This document shows, one piece after another, positions 36,409 through 48,755 of a DNA stretch of 64,000 bases (positions within the stretch are counted from its first letter, which is position 1; every line of letters begins with the position of its first letter). The position numbers and the translations under genes were made by a program. Source of the stretch: Escherichia coli (GTDB lineage: Bacteria > Pseudomonadota > Gammaproteobacteria > Enterobacterales > Enterobacteriaceae); the NCBI RefSeq assembly GCF_030013205.1, contig NZ_CP122648.1. One strand, given 5' to 3'. Under the pieces are notes generated by a model, which was given only the letters and a program-made list of their open reading frames with translations, was not told the DNA's origin and made no database searches.

Positions 36409-36428
36409 AGCTCTCATTTTCAAACCCA

Positions 36429-37466
36429 TCAAGACGCCTTCGCCAACTCCTTCACCAGAGGTAGCATTATCCGCATAACGTCACGGCAGCGACGTTCTAT
36501 TCTTCCAGGAAGTGCCTTATCAATATGTTGTTGATTATCCAGTCTTACGTCATGCCAGCTATTTCCCGCAGGGAATGCAGCTGTTTTTGCGCGTTGCTGA
36601 TAACCATCCTTATTCCCAAGATTCCAATTTGTTGCTTCTACCGAAAGTACGGCAATACCGGCTTTGTCGAAAACTTCGGCGTCATTACAACAGCCAGTAC
36701 CCTTCGGATAATTTTTATTCAAACCCGGATTGGTCGTTGCGGCAATTCCATGACTACGCGCAATTGCCAGCGCCCTGTCGCGCGTTAATTTCCTTACTGC
36801 TTCAGGGGTTTTTACACCGCTGTTGAAATACAATTTATCGCCAACAATTAAGTTATCGAGATTAATCACCAGCAGCGTATTTTTCTTTTCGGTGTCACTC
36901 ATCCGCTTGAGTAAATTCTCAGCACCTAATTTCCCTTCCTCTTCACCACTGGTCGCCACAAATCGAATACCATACTCGGTAGGCGTATTTTTCAGGCGTT
37001 CTGCCAGTTCCAGCATGACACCTAAACCTGCGGCGTTATCATCCATTCCTTGTAACGTCAGCCCGCCGAGATTGGCATCGGCGTCAGCATCGCTCAGCGG
37101 GGCGTATGTATCCAGATGCGCCATAATGATGATCTGCTGCGGCGCTTTGCCTTCATGAGCGGCAATCACCGTACTTCCCGTCACGTTATGCCAGCTCTTG
37201 CGATTATCGCGGGCGGTATAAATATACCGACTATTAAATGTCCGAATATCACTGCGATAACCCATTTGCTGAAACTGTTGGCGAATATAATCGGCAGATA
37301 ACATTTCTGCAGGAGTTCCGGTCATGCGTCCCGGAAAGAAAGTAGCAATATGTCGTGCCTGAGTATTAGCAAAATCGCCAGGTTTAGGTGACGAGGCGTG
37401 TACGGGGAGAATAAAGCATACGCCGAGCGCCAGGGCAGCGGTACGGTGGCGCAATGCGGAAAACAT
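36429..37466 (-). CDS. iap: alkaline phosphatase isozyme conversion aminopeptidase
   Basis: 345-aa ORF with signal peptide and M28-type peptidase features; convergent with the CRISPR array. Confidence 0.85.
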   Translation of the reverse strand: MFSALRHRTAALALGVCFILPVHASSPKPGDFANTQARHIATFFPGRMTGTPAEMLSADYIRQQFQQMGYRSDIRTFNSRYIYTARDNRKSWHNVTGSTVIAAHEGKAPQQIIIMAHLDTYAPLSDADADANLGGLTLQGMDDNAAGLGVMLELAERLKNTPTEYGIRFVATSGEEEGKLGAENLLKRMSDTEKKNTLLVINLDNLIVGDKLYFNSGVKTPEAVRKLTRDRALAIARSHGIAATTNPGLNKNYPKGTGCCNDAEVFDKAGIAVLSVEATNWNLGNKDGYQQRAKTAAFPAGNSWHDVRLDNQQHIDKALPGRIERRCRDVMRIMLPLVKELAKAS

Positions 37467-37717
37467 AGTGAGTCCTTAAATACCATGCAAATTTTTTTAC
37501 CGCCATAGTATGAAACTGCCGCTGCGCTAAAACAATTTCAAATCTTCCTAAACGCCCGAAATCCGGTGCCTTAAGCACTTTTTGATATTAGCTTTGCCAA
37601 ATCGTTATTCCGTTAAGGAACTACTCATTCTAATTGGTAATTTCATTCGTTCTCTTACGCTCCCTATAGTCGAAACATCTGATGGCAAGAAAATAGCGGT
37701 ATTGCAAAGGAACGGTT

Positions 37718-38626
37718 ATGGATCAAATACGACTTACTCACCTGCGGCAACTGGAGGCGGAAAGCATCCACATTATTCGCGAGGTGGCGGCAGAATTCTC
37801 AAATCCGGTGATGCTCTACTCTATCGGTAAAGATTCCAGCGTCATGCTGCATCTGGCGCGCAAGGCGTTTTATCCAGGTACGCTGCCTTTCCCGTTGCTG
37901 CATGTCGATACCGGCTGGAAATTCCGCGAGATGTATGAGTTCCGCGATCGTACGGCTAAAGCCTACGGCTGCGAGCTGCTGGTGCATAAAAACCCGGAAG
38001 GCGTGGCGATGGGGATTAATCCATTCGTTCATGGCAGCGCGAAACATACCGATATTATGAAAACTGAAGGCCTGAAACAGGCGCTGAATAAATACGGTTT
38101 TGATGCCGCCTTCGGTGGTGCACGCCGCGACGAAGAGAAATCCCGCGCTAAAGAGCGAATCTACTCTTTCCGTGACCGCTTCCATCGCTGGGATCCGAAA
38201 AATCAGCGCCCGGAGCTGTGGCACAACTACAACGGGCAAATTAACAAAGGCGAAAGCATTCGCGTCTTCCCACTCTCTAACTGGACCGAGCAGGATATCT
38301 GGCAATACATCTGGCTAGAAAATATTGACATTGTTCCACTGTATCTCGCTGCGGAACGTCCGGTTCTGGAACGCGACGGTATGTTGATGATGATTGATGA
38401 CAACCGTATCGACCTGCAACCGGGCGAAGTGATTAAAAAACGGATGGTGCGTTTCCGTACGCTGGGCTGCTGGCCGCTGACCGGTGCGGTGGAGTCAAAT
38501 GCACAAACACTGCCGGAAATCATCGAAGAGATGCTGGTTTCCACCACCAGTGAACGTCAGGGCCGCGTGATTGACCGCGACCAGGCGGGGTCTATGGAGC
38601 TGAAAAAACGTCAGGGGTATTTTTAA
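37718..38626 (+). CDS. cysD: sulfate adenylyltransferase subunit 2
   Basis: 302-aa ORF with PAPS-reductase-like fold motif (SIGKDSSV). Confidence 0.95.
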   Translation: MDQIRLTHLRQLEAESIHIIREVAAEFSNPVMLYSIGKDSSVMLHLARKAFYPGTLPFPLLHVDTGWKFREMYEFRDRTAKAYGCELLVHKNPEGVAMGINPFVHGSAKHTDIMKTEGLKQALNKYGFDAAFGGARRDEEKSRAKERIYSFRDRFHRWDPKNQRPELWHNYNGQINKGESIRVFPLSNWTEQDIWQYIWLENIDIVPLYLAAERPVLERDGMLMMIDDNRIDLQPGEVIKKRMVRFRTLGCWPLTGAVESNAQTLPEIIEEMLVSTTSERQGRVIDRDQAGSMELKKRQGYF

Positions 38627-38627
38627 G

Positions 38628-40055
38628 ATGAACACCGCACTTGCACAACAAATCGCCAATGAAGGCGGCGTCGAAGCCTGGATGATTGCGCAACAACATA
38701 AAAGCCTGCTGCGTTTTCTGACCTGTGGTAGCGTCGATGACGGCAAAAGTACCCTGATTGGTCGCCTGCTGCACGATACCCGCCAAATCTACGAAGATCA
38801 GCTCTCATCGCTGCATAACGACAGTAAACGTCACGGCACCCAGGGCGAAAAACTGGATCTGGCACTGCTGGTGGACGGCCTGCAAGCTGAGCGCGAACAG
38901 GGCATCACCATTGACGTGGCTTACCGTTATTTCTCTACCGAGAAGCGTAAATTTATTATCGCCGACACCCCAGGGCACGAGCAGTACACCCGCAATATGG
39001 CGACTGGCGCATCGACATGTGAACTGGCGATCTTACTGATCGATGCCCGTAAAGGCGTGCTCGATCAAACCCGTCGTCACAGTTTTATCTCCACACTGTT
39101 GGGGATCAAACATCTGGTCGTGGCGATCAACAAAATGGATCTGGTGGATTACAGTGAAGAGACGTTCACCCGTATTCGTGAAGATTATTTGACCTTTGCC
39201 GGGCAGCTGCCGGGTAATCTGGATATCCGCTTTGTGCCGCTCTCCGCACTGGAAGGTGACAACGTGGCTTCGCAAAGTGAAAGTATGCCGTGGTACAGCG
39301 GTCCAACATTGCTCGAAGTGCTGGAAACCGTGGAGATCCAGCGAGTGGTGGATGCCCAGCCAATGCGCTTCCCGGTGCAGTATGTTAACCGCCCGAATCT
39401 CGATTTTCGTGGTTACGCCGGAACGCTGGCATCCGGTCGCGTGGAAGTCGGGCAACGTGTAAAAGTGCTGCCCTCTGGTGTGGAATCAAACGTCGCGCGG
39501 ATCGTGACTTTTGATGGCGATCGCGAAGAAGCCTTTGCCGGAGAAGCGATCACCCTGGTGCTGACGGATGAGATCGACATCAGCCGTGGCGATCTGCTGC
39601 TGGCGGCAGACGAAGCGTTACCGGCTGTGCAGAGCGCGTCGGTGGATGTGGTATGGATGGCGGAACAGCCGCTTTCCCCAGGCCAGAGTTACGACATCAA
39701 AATTGCCGGTAAGAAGACGCGTGCTCGTGTTGATGGCATTCGTTATCAGGTTGATATTAATAACCTTACCCAACGCGAAGTTGAAAACCTGCCGCTGAAC
39801 GGCATCGGCCTGGTGGATCTCACTTTTGACGAGCCACTGGTGTTAGATCGTTATCAGCAAAACCCGGTTACCGGTGGGCTGATTTTTATCGATCGCCTGA
39901 GTAATGTGACCGTAGGTGCCGGTATGGTGCACGAGCCAGTTAGCCAGGCAACTACTGCGCCATCTGAATTCAGTGCATTCGAACTGGAATTGAATGCCCT
40001 GGTTCGCCGCCACTTTCCACACTGGGGCGCGCGCGATTTACTGGGGGATAAATAA
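38628..40055 (+). CDS. cysN: sulfate adenylyltransferase subunit 1 (GTPase)
   Basis: 475-aa ORF with GTP-binding motifs [18 protein letters not shown]. Confidence 0.95.
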
Positions 40056-40660
40056 TGGCGCTGCATGACGAAAACGTCGTCTGGCATAGCCATCCAGTCA
40101 CTGTACAACAACGCGAGCTACACCACGGTCATCGTGGTGTAGTGCTGTGGTTTACCGGCCTCTCCGGGTCCGGTAAATCAACGGTCGCCGGGGCGCTGGA
40201 GGAGGCGTTACATAAACTCGGCGTCAGTACGTATCTGCTGGATGGCGACAATGTTCGCCACGGATTATGCAGCGATCTCGGTTTTAGCGATGCCGATCGT
40301 AAAGAGAATATCCGTCGCGTCGGTGAAGTGGCGAATTTGATGGTTGAAGCCGGACTGGTGGTGCTGACCGCATTTATCTCGCCACACCGCGCCGAACGCC
40401 AGATGGTTCGTGAACGCGTAGGAGAAGGGCGCTTTATCGAAGTGTTTGTCGATACGCCGCTGGCGATTTGCGAAGCCCGCGATCCAAAAGGCTTATATAA
40501 GAAAGCGCGTGCCGGTGAACTGCGCAACTTTACGGGAATAGATTCCGTTTACGAAGCGCCTGAATCGGCAGAAATTCATCTCAATGGTGAACAATTAGTA
40601 ACAAATTTGGTACAGCAATTATTAGATCTGTTGAGACAGAACGATATTATCAGATCCTGA
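40055..40660 (+). CDS. cysC: adenylylsulfate kinase
   Basis: 201-aa ORF with P-loop GLSGSGKST. Confidence 0.95.
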
Positions 40661-40709
40661 GACACCACCGGGTTTCCAGGCCCGGTTCGTCAAAGTAACA
40701 GGATCAAAT

Positions 40710-41033
40710 ATGCGTAATAGCCATAACATTACACTAACAAATAACGACAGCCTTACTGAGGATGAAGAAACCACATGGTCACTGCCTGGTGCCGTGGTCG
40801 GTTTTATCTCCTGGTTATTTGCGCTGGCGATGCCGATGTTGATTTATGGCTCTAACACGCTGTTCTTCTTTATCTACACCTGGCCTTTCTTTCTGGCACT
40901 GATGCCTGTCGCGGTAGTGGTGGGGATTGCGCTGCATTCATTGATGGACGGAAAGCTACGCTACAGTATTGTTTTCACCCTGATGACAGTAGGCATTATG
41001 TTTGGCGCACTGTTTATGTGGCTACTGGGCTAA
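40710..41033 (+). CDS. ygbE: small inner-membrane protein
   Basis: 107-aa hydrophobic ORF; synteny between cysC and ftsB. Confidence 0.7.
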   Translation: MRNSHNITLTNNDSLTEDEETTWSLPGAVVGFISWLFALAMPMLIYGSNTLFFFIYTWPFFLALMPVAVVVGIALHSLMDGKLRYSIVFTLMTVGIMFGALFMWLLG

Positions 41034-41226
41034 TTTGTACTTTCTTGTCTCCTCTGTTCATAATTCAAACCGTAACTAATAATGAGATTATGTTCTGCAC
41101 GCCCTGGGTATACGTAACAATGGACAAATGTGGTACATTTGCCCGCGTTGTCGCGGTATCCCCAACAGAGGATGTAGAGTCGTCTTCGGATGCATGGGAT
41201 GAAGATGCCGTTTTTCAGGGGGCAGG

Positions 41227-41538
41227 ATGGGTAAACTAACGCTGCTGTTGCTGGCTATTCTGGTCTGGCTACAGTATTCGCTGTGGTTCGGTAAGAACGG
41301 TATACATGACTATACCCGCGTCAATGATGATGTGGCGGCACAGCAAGCTACAAACGCGAAACTTAAAGCGCGAAACGATCAACTTTTTGCCGAAATTGAC
41401 GATCTCAATGGCGGCCAGGAGGCGCTCGAAGAGCGTGCGCGTAATGAACTCAGCATGACCAGGCCGGGCGAAACTTTTTATCGTCTGGTGCCTGACGCGT
41501 CGAAGCGCGCACAGTCTGCGGGGCAAAACAATCGATAA
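41227..41538 (+). CDS. ftsB: cell division protein FtsB
   Basis: 103-aa ORF with N-terminal TM segment and coiled-coil region. Confidence 0.85.
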
Positions 41539-41556
41539 ATCAGCCCAGGAATTAAC

Positions 41557-42267
41557 ATGGCAACCACTCATTTGGATGTTTGCGCCGTGGTTCCGGCGGC
41601 CGGATTTGGCCGTCGAATGCAAACGGAATGTCCTAAGCAATATCTCTCAATCGGTAATCAAACCATTCTTGAACACTCGGTGCATGCGCTGCTGGCGCAC
41701 CCCCGGGTGAAACATGTCGTCATTGCCATAAGTCCTGGCGATAGCCGTTTTGCACAACTTCCTCTGGCGAATCATCCGCAAATCACCGTTGTAGATGGCG
41801 GTGATGAGCGTGCCGATTCGGTGCTGGCAGGTCTGAAAGCCGCTGGCGACGCGCAGTGGGTATTGGTGCATGACGCCGCTCGTCCTTGTCTGCATCAGGA
41901 TGACCTCGCGCGATTGTTGGCGTTGAGCGAAACCAGCCGCACGGGGGGGATCCTCGCCGCACCAGTGCGCGATACGATGAAACGTGCCGAACCGGGCAAA
42001 AATGCCATTGCTCATACCGTTGATCGCAACGGCTTATGGCACGCGCTGACGCCGCAATTTTTCCCTCGTGAGCTGTTACATGACTGCCTGATGCGCGCTC
42101 TAAATGAAGGCGCTACCATTACCGACGAAGCCTCGGCGCTGGAATATTGCGGATTTCATCCGCAGTTGGTCGAAGGCCGCGCGGATAACATTAAAGTCAC
42201 GCGCCCGGAAGATTTGGCACTGGCCGAGTTTTACCTCACCCGAACCATCCATCAGGAGAATACATAA
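41557..42267 (+). CDS. ispD: 2-C-methyl-D-erythritol 4-phosphate cytidylyltransferase
   Basis: 236-aa ORF ([10 protein letters not shown] nucleotide-binding motif). Confidence 0.9.
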
Positions 42268-42746
42268 TGCGAATTGGACACGGTTTTGACGTACACGCCT
42301 TTGGCGGTGAAGGCCCAATTATCATTGGTGGCGTACGCATTCCTTACGAAAAAGGATTGCTGGCGCATTCTGATGGCGACGTGGCGCTCCATGCGTTGAC
42401 CGATGCATTGCTTGGCGCGGCGGCGCTGGGGGATATCGGCAAACTGTTCCCGGATACCGATCCGGCATTTAAAGGTGCTGACAGCCGCGAGCTGCTACGC
42501 GAAGCCTGGCGTCGTATTCAGGCGAAGGGTTATACCCTGGGCAACGTCGATGTCACTATCATCGCTCAGGCACCGAAGATGTTGCCGCACATTCCACAAA
42601 TGCGCGTGTTTATTGCCGAAGATCTCGGCTGCCATATGGATGATGTTAACGTGAAAGCCACTACTACGGAAAAACTTGGATTTACCGGACGTGGGGAAGG
42701 GATTGCCTGTGAAGCGGTGGCGCTACTCATTAAGGCAACAAAATGA
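42267..42746 (+). CDS. ispF: 2-C-methyl-D-erythritol 2,4-cyclodiphosphate synthase
   Basis: 159-aa ORF ([12 protein letters not shown]), start overlaps the ispD stop. Confidence 0.9.
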
Positions 42747-43772
42747 TTGAGTTTGATAATCTCACTTACCTCCACGGTAAACCGCAAGGCACCGGGCTGC
42801 TGAAAGCCAATCCGGAAGACTTTGTGGTGGTGGAAGATTTGGGCTTTGAGCCTGATGGTGAAGGTGAGCATATTCTGGTTAGAATCCTCAAAAACGGCTG
42901 CAATACCCGTTTTGTGGCGGATGCACTGGCGAAATTCCTGAAAATTCATTCCCGTGAAGTCAGCTTCGCTGGGCAAAAAGACAAACATGCTGTTACGGAA
43001 CAGTGGTTATGCGCTCGCGTGCCGGGCAAGGAAATGCCCGATCTGAGCGCCTTTCAACTGGAAGGCTGCCAGGTGCTGGAGTATGCGCGGCACAAGCGCA
43101 AGCTGCGTTTAGGCGCGCTGAAAGGTAACGCCTTTACCCTGGTTCTGCGCGAAGTGAGCAATCGCGATGACGTTGAACAACGTCTGATCGATATTTGCGT
43201 AAAAGGCGTGCCTAACTATTTTGGTGCCCAACGTTTTGGGATTGGCGGTAGCAACTTGCAGGGCGCGCTGCGCTGGGCGCAAACCAATACTCCGGTGCGC
43301 GATCGCAATAAACGGAGTTTTTGGTTGTCGGCAGCCCGCAGTGCGTTGTTTAATCAGATTGTTGCTGAGCGCCTCAAAAAAGCAGACGTTAATCAAGTTG
43401 TTGACGGCGATGCGCTACAATTAGCCGGACGTGGTAGCTGGTTTGTCGCAACCACCGAAGAACTGGCGGAATTACAGCGTCGCGTCAACGATAAAGAGCT
43501 GATGATAACCGCCGCATTGCCGGGCAGTGGCGAATGGGGAACTCAGCGTGAAGCGTTGGCATTCGAACAAGCAGCTGTCGCCGCAGAAACTGAATTACAA
43601 ACCTTACTGGTGCGCGAAAAAGTTGAAGCCGCGCGCAGAGCGATGCTGCTGTATCCGCAACAATTAAGCTGGAACTGGTGGGATGACGTCACCGTAGAAA
43701 TCCGTTTCTGGCTTCCGGCGGGTAGTTTTGCAACCAGCGTTGTCAGGGAACTTATCAACACAACAGGTGATT

Positions 43773-43792
<20 letters not shown>
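42743..43792 (+). CDS. truD: tRNA pseudouridine(13) synthase
   Basis: 349-aa ORF downstream of ispF. Confidence 0.9.
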
Positions 43793-45154
<1,362 letters not shown>

Positions 45155-45293
45155 AACGTGAGGAAATACCTGGATTTTTCCTGGTTATTTTGCCGCAGGT
45201 CAGCGTATCGTGAACATCTTTTCCAGTGTTCAGTATGGTGCCTTGCACGGTAATTATGTCACTGGTTATTAACCAATTTTTCCTGGGGGATAA

Positions 45294-46433
45294 ATGAGCG
45301 CGGGAAGCCCAAAATTCACCGTTCGCCGCATTGCGGCTTTGTCACTGGTTTCGCTATGGCTGGCAGGCTGTTCTGACACTTCAAATCCACCGGCCCCGGT
45401 CAGCTCCGTTAATGGCAATGCGCCTGCAAATACCAATTCTGGTATGTTGATTACGCCGCCGCCGAAAATGGGGACGACGTCTACAGCTCAGCAACCGCAA
45501 ATTCAGCCGGTACAGCAGCCACAAATTCAGGCAACTCAACAACCGCAAATCCAGCCGGTGCAGCCAGTAGCTCAGCAGCCGGTACAGATGGAAAACGGAC
45601 GCATCGTCTACAACCGTCAGTATGGGAACATTCCGAAAGGCAGTTATAGCGGCAGTACCTATACCGTGAAAAAAGGCGACACACTTTTCTATATCGCCTG
45701 GATTACTGGCAACGATTTCCGTGACCTTGCTCAGCGCAACAATATTCAGGCACCATACGCGCTGAACGTCGGTCAGACCTTACAGGTGGGTAATGCTTCC
45801 GGTACGCCAATCACTGGCGGAAATGCCATTACCCAGGCCGATGCAGCAGAGCAAGGAGTTGTGATCAAGCCTGCACAAAATTCCACCGTTGCTGTTGCGT
45901 CGCAACCGACAATTACGTATTCTGAGTCTTCGGGTGAACAGAGTGCTAACAAAATGTTGCCGAACAACAAGCCAACTGCGACCACGGTCACAGCGCCTGT
46001 AACGGTGCCAACAGCAAGCACAACCGAGCCGACTGTCAGCAGTACATCAACCAGTACGCCTATCTCCACCTGGCGCTGGCCGACTGAGGGCAAAGTGATC
46101 GAAACCTTTGGCGCTTCTGAGGGGGGCAACAAGGGGATTGATATCGCAGGCAGCAAAGGACAGGCAATTATCGCGACCGCAGATGGCCGCGTTGTTTATG
46201 CCGGTAACGCGCTGCGCGGCTACGGTAATCTGATTATCATCAAACATAATGATGATTACCTGAGTGCCTACGCCCATAACGACACAATGCTGGTCCGGGA
46301 ACAACAAGAAGTGAAGGCGGGGCAAAAAATAGCAACCATGGGTAGCACCGGAACCAGTTCAACACGCTTGCATTTTGAAATTCGTTACAAGGGGAAATCC
46401 GTAAACCCGCTGCGTTATTTGCCGCAGCGATAA
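45294..46433 (+). CDS. nlpD: murein hydrolase activator lipoprotein NlpD
   Basis: 379-aa ORF: lipoprotein signal (LAGCS), Q/P-rich repeats, LysM and C-terminal LytM/M23 domain. Confidence 0.9.
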   Translation: MSAGSPKFTVRRIAALSLVSLWLAGCSDTSNPPAPVSSVNGNAPANTNSGMLITPPPKMGTTSTAQQPQIQPVQQPQIQATQQPQIQPVQPVAQQPVQMENGRIVYNRQYGNIPKGSYSGSTYTVKKGDTLFYIAWITGNDFRDLAQRNNIQAPYALNVGQTLQVGNASGTPITGGNAITQADAAEQGVVIKPAQNSTVAVASQPTITYSESSGEQSANKMLPNNKPTATTVTAPVTVPTASTTEPTVSSTSTSTPISTWRWPTEGKVIETFGASEGGNKGIDIAGSKGQAIIATADGRVVYAGNALRGYGNLIIIKHNDDYLSAYAHNDTMLVREQQEVKAGQKIATMGSTGTSSTRLHFEIRYKGKSVNPLRYLPQR

Positions 46434-46495
46434 ATCGGCGGAACCAGGCTTTTGCTTGAATGTTCCGTCAAGGGATCACGGGTAGGAGCCACCTT

Positions 46496-47488
46496 ATGAG
46501 TCAGAATACGCTGAAAGTTCATGATTTAAATGAAGATGCGGAATTTGATGAGAACGGAGTTGAGGTTTTTGACGAAAAGGCCTTAGTAGAAGAGGAACCC
46601 AGTGATAACGATTTGGCCGAAGAGGAACTGTTATCGCAGGGAGCCACACAGCGTGTGTTGGACGCGACTCAGCTTTACCTTGGTGAGATTGGTTATTCAC
46701 CACTGTTAACGGCCGAAGAAGAAGTTTATTTTGCGCGTCGCGCACTGCGTGGAGATGTTGCCTCCCGCCGCCGGATGATCGAGAGTAACTTGCGTCTGGT
46801 GGTAAAAATTGCCCGCCGTTATGGCAATCGTGGTCTGGCGTTGCTGGACCTGATCGAAGAGGGCAACCTGGGGCTGATCCGCGCGGTAGAGAAGTTTGAC
46901 CCGGAACGTGGTTTCCGCTTCTCAACATACGCAACCTGGTGGATTCGCCAGACGATCGAACGGGCGATTATGAACCAAACCCGTACTATTCGTTTGCCGA
47001 TTCACATCGTAAAGGAGCTGAACGTTTACCTGCGAACCGCACGCGAGTTGTCCCATAAACTGGACCACGAACCAAGTGCGGAAGAGATCGCAGAGCAACT
47101 GGATAAGCCAGTTGATGACGTCAGCCGTATGCTTCGTCTTAACGAGCGCATTACCTCGGTAGACACCCCGCTGGGTGGTGATTCCGAAAAAGCGTTGCTG
47201 GACATCCTGGTCGATGAAAAAGAGAACGGTCCGGAAGATACCACGCAAGATGACGATATGAAGCAGAGCATCGTCAAATGGCTGTTCGAGCTGAACGCCA
47301 AACAGCGTGAAGTACTGGCACGTCGATTCGGTTTGCTGGGGTACGAAGCGGCAACACTGGAAGATGTAGGTCGTGAAATTGGCCTCACCCGTGAACGTGT
47401 TCGCCAGATTCAGGTTGAAGGCCTGCGCCGTTTGCGCGAAATCCTGCAAACGCAGGGGCTGAATATCGAAGCGCTGTTCCGCGAGTAA
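46496..47488 (+). CDS. rpoS: RNA polymerase sigma factor RpoS (sigma-38)
   Basis: 330 aa from the ATG at 46496 ([14 protein letters not shown]); sigma-70-family regions 2 to 4; no premature stop. Confidence 0.95.
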   Translation: MSQNTLKVHDLNEDAEFDENGVEVFDEKALVEEEPSDNDLAEEELLSQGATQRVLDATQLYLGEIGYSPLLTAEEEVYFARRALRGDVASRRRMIESNLRLVVKIARRYGNRGLALLDLIEEGNLGLIRAVEKFDPERGFRFSTYATWWIRQTIERAIMNQTRTIRLPIHIVKELNVYLRTARELSHKLDHEPSAEEIAEQLDKPVDDVSRMLRLNERITSVDTPLGGDSEKALLDILVDEKENGPEDTTQDDDMKQSIVKWLFELNAKQREVLARRFGLLGYEAATLEDVGREIGLTRERVRQIQVEGLRRLREILQTQGLNIEALFRE

Positions 47489-47503
47489 GTAAGCATCTGT
47501 CAG

Positions 47504-47540
47504 AAAGGCCAGTCTCAAGCGAGGCTGGCCTTTTTCTTTT
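47504..47540 (+). terminator. rpoS intrinsic terminator
   Basis: aaaggccagtctc-aagc-gaggctggccttt followed by ttctttt. Confidence 0.7.
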
Positions 47541-47607
47541 GGTTGGGGAGCCGGTGTGTTTGTGGGCTGGATAAGCCGCAATAGCGTCTCATCCGGCAAT
47601 TTGCACC

Positions 47608-48015
47608 CTATGTGTTCATCATCTTGCGCACTAGCTGCATAAACAGCTCCTGCTCTTCTCCACTCAAACGCCCCAAAAATTCCTCATCCACGCTGTCACC
47701 TATCGGTATCGCCGCAGCAAGTATCTTTTCGCCTTCGGCAGTCAGCCAGACAAAGCGTCGCCGCTTGTCAGCGGCGTCATGTTCACGTCTGACTAAGCCA
47801 CGATTTTCCATTCTTGCCAACATTTCTGCCAGCGTTGCTTTGGTGCTGACGGCTGCTTCCATCAGTGCCACCTGTTCGATACCAGGTTTATCAGCAATGG
47901 CGCGCATCACCGCGTACTGTGGTTTGGTCAGATCAGGTAACTCGTGCTGCCAGCGGGCCGTGTGTTGCTGAAAAAGCTGTCGTAACTGATGGAACGCTTT
48001 ATTTCGTAACGCCAT
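47608..48015 (-). CDS. MarR-family transcriptional regulator (SlyA-like)
   Basis: 135-aa ORF with winged-helix MarR region; divergent from the decarboxylase operon. Confidence 0.75.
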   Translation of the reverse strand: MALRNKAFHQLRQLFQQHTARWQHELPDLTKPQYAVMRAIADKPGIEQVALMEAAVSTKATLAEMLARMENRGLVRREHDAADKRRRFVWLTAEGEKILAAAIPIGDSVDEEFLGRLSGEEQELFMQLVRKMMNT

Positions 48016-48110
48016 GTAAACTCCGGGCTAATTCTCTGTCGCTATCATAGCGGTTTTTCAGTGACGAAGAAGATGTTGTTACTTTTCAATCCTTGCCGCT
48101 GTGGAAATGA

Positions 48111-48124
48111 AGGAGTATGTTAAT
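48111..48124. promoter_or_regulatory. perfect 14-bp palindrome, candidate operator
   Basis: gttcgtatacgaac is its own reverse complement; lies in the 146-bp divergent intergenic region, 38 bp upstream of the ecdB ATG. Confidence 0.45.
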
Positions 48125-48161
48125 AATAACGTTCGTATACGAACAATTAAGAGAGTAAGCA

Positions 48162-48755
48162 ATGAAACTGATCGTCGGGATGACAGGGGCTACCGGTGCG
48201 CCTCTTGGTGTGGCATTACTGCAAGCGCTGCGGGAGATGCCGAATGTCGAGACTCATCTGGTGATGTCGAAGTGGGCGAAAACCACTATTGAACTGGAAA
48301 CGCCTTACAGCGCTCGCGATGTTGCCGCCCTCGCAGACTTCAGCCATAACCCGGCGGATCAGGCGGCGACTATCTCTTCCGGCTCCTTTCGTACCGACGG
48401 CATGATCGTTATTCCATGCAGTATGAAAACGCTCGCCGGTATCCGCGCTGGTTACGCCGATGGCCTGGTGGGGCGCGCGGCGGACGTCGTGCTCAAAGAA
48501 GGCCGCAAACTGGTGCTGGTGCCGCGTGAAATGCCGCTTAGCACAATCCATCTCGAAAATATGCTCGCACTTTCGCGCATGGGCGTGGCGATGGTGCCGC
48601 CGATGCCTGCCTTTTATAACCATCCCGAAACGGTAGATGACATTGTCCACCACGTGGTAGCCCGCGTGCTGGATCAATTTGGCCTCGAACATCCTCACGC
48701 CAGGCGCTGGCAAGGATTGCCGCAGGCCCGGAATTTTTCTCAGGAGAATGAATAA
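48162..48755 (+). CDS. ecdB: UbiX-family flavin prenyltransferase, decarboxylase subunit B
   Basis: 197-aa ORF MKLIVGMTGATGAP, UbiX/Pad1 fold. Confidence 0.85.
   Translation: MKLIVGMTGATGAPLGVALLQALREMPNVETHLVMSKWAKTTIELETPYSARDVAALADFSHNPADQAATISSGSFRTDGMIVIPCSMKTLAGIRAGYADGLVGRAADVVLKEGRKLVLVPREMPLSTIHLENMLALSRMGVAMVPPMPAFYNHPETVDDIVHHVVARVLDQFGLEHPHARRWQGLPQARNFSQENE

Noticed and set aside
41018-41239. 73-aa ORF between ygbE and ftsB
   Set aside because: No RBS, no recognisable fold, and it overlaps the ygbE 3' end and ftsB 5' region; more likely regulatory sequence for ftsB.
46922-47599. 225-aa ORF antisense to rpoS
   Set aside because: Fully overlaps rpoS on the opposite strand; no RBS or domain signature.
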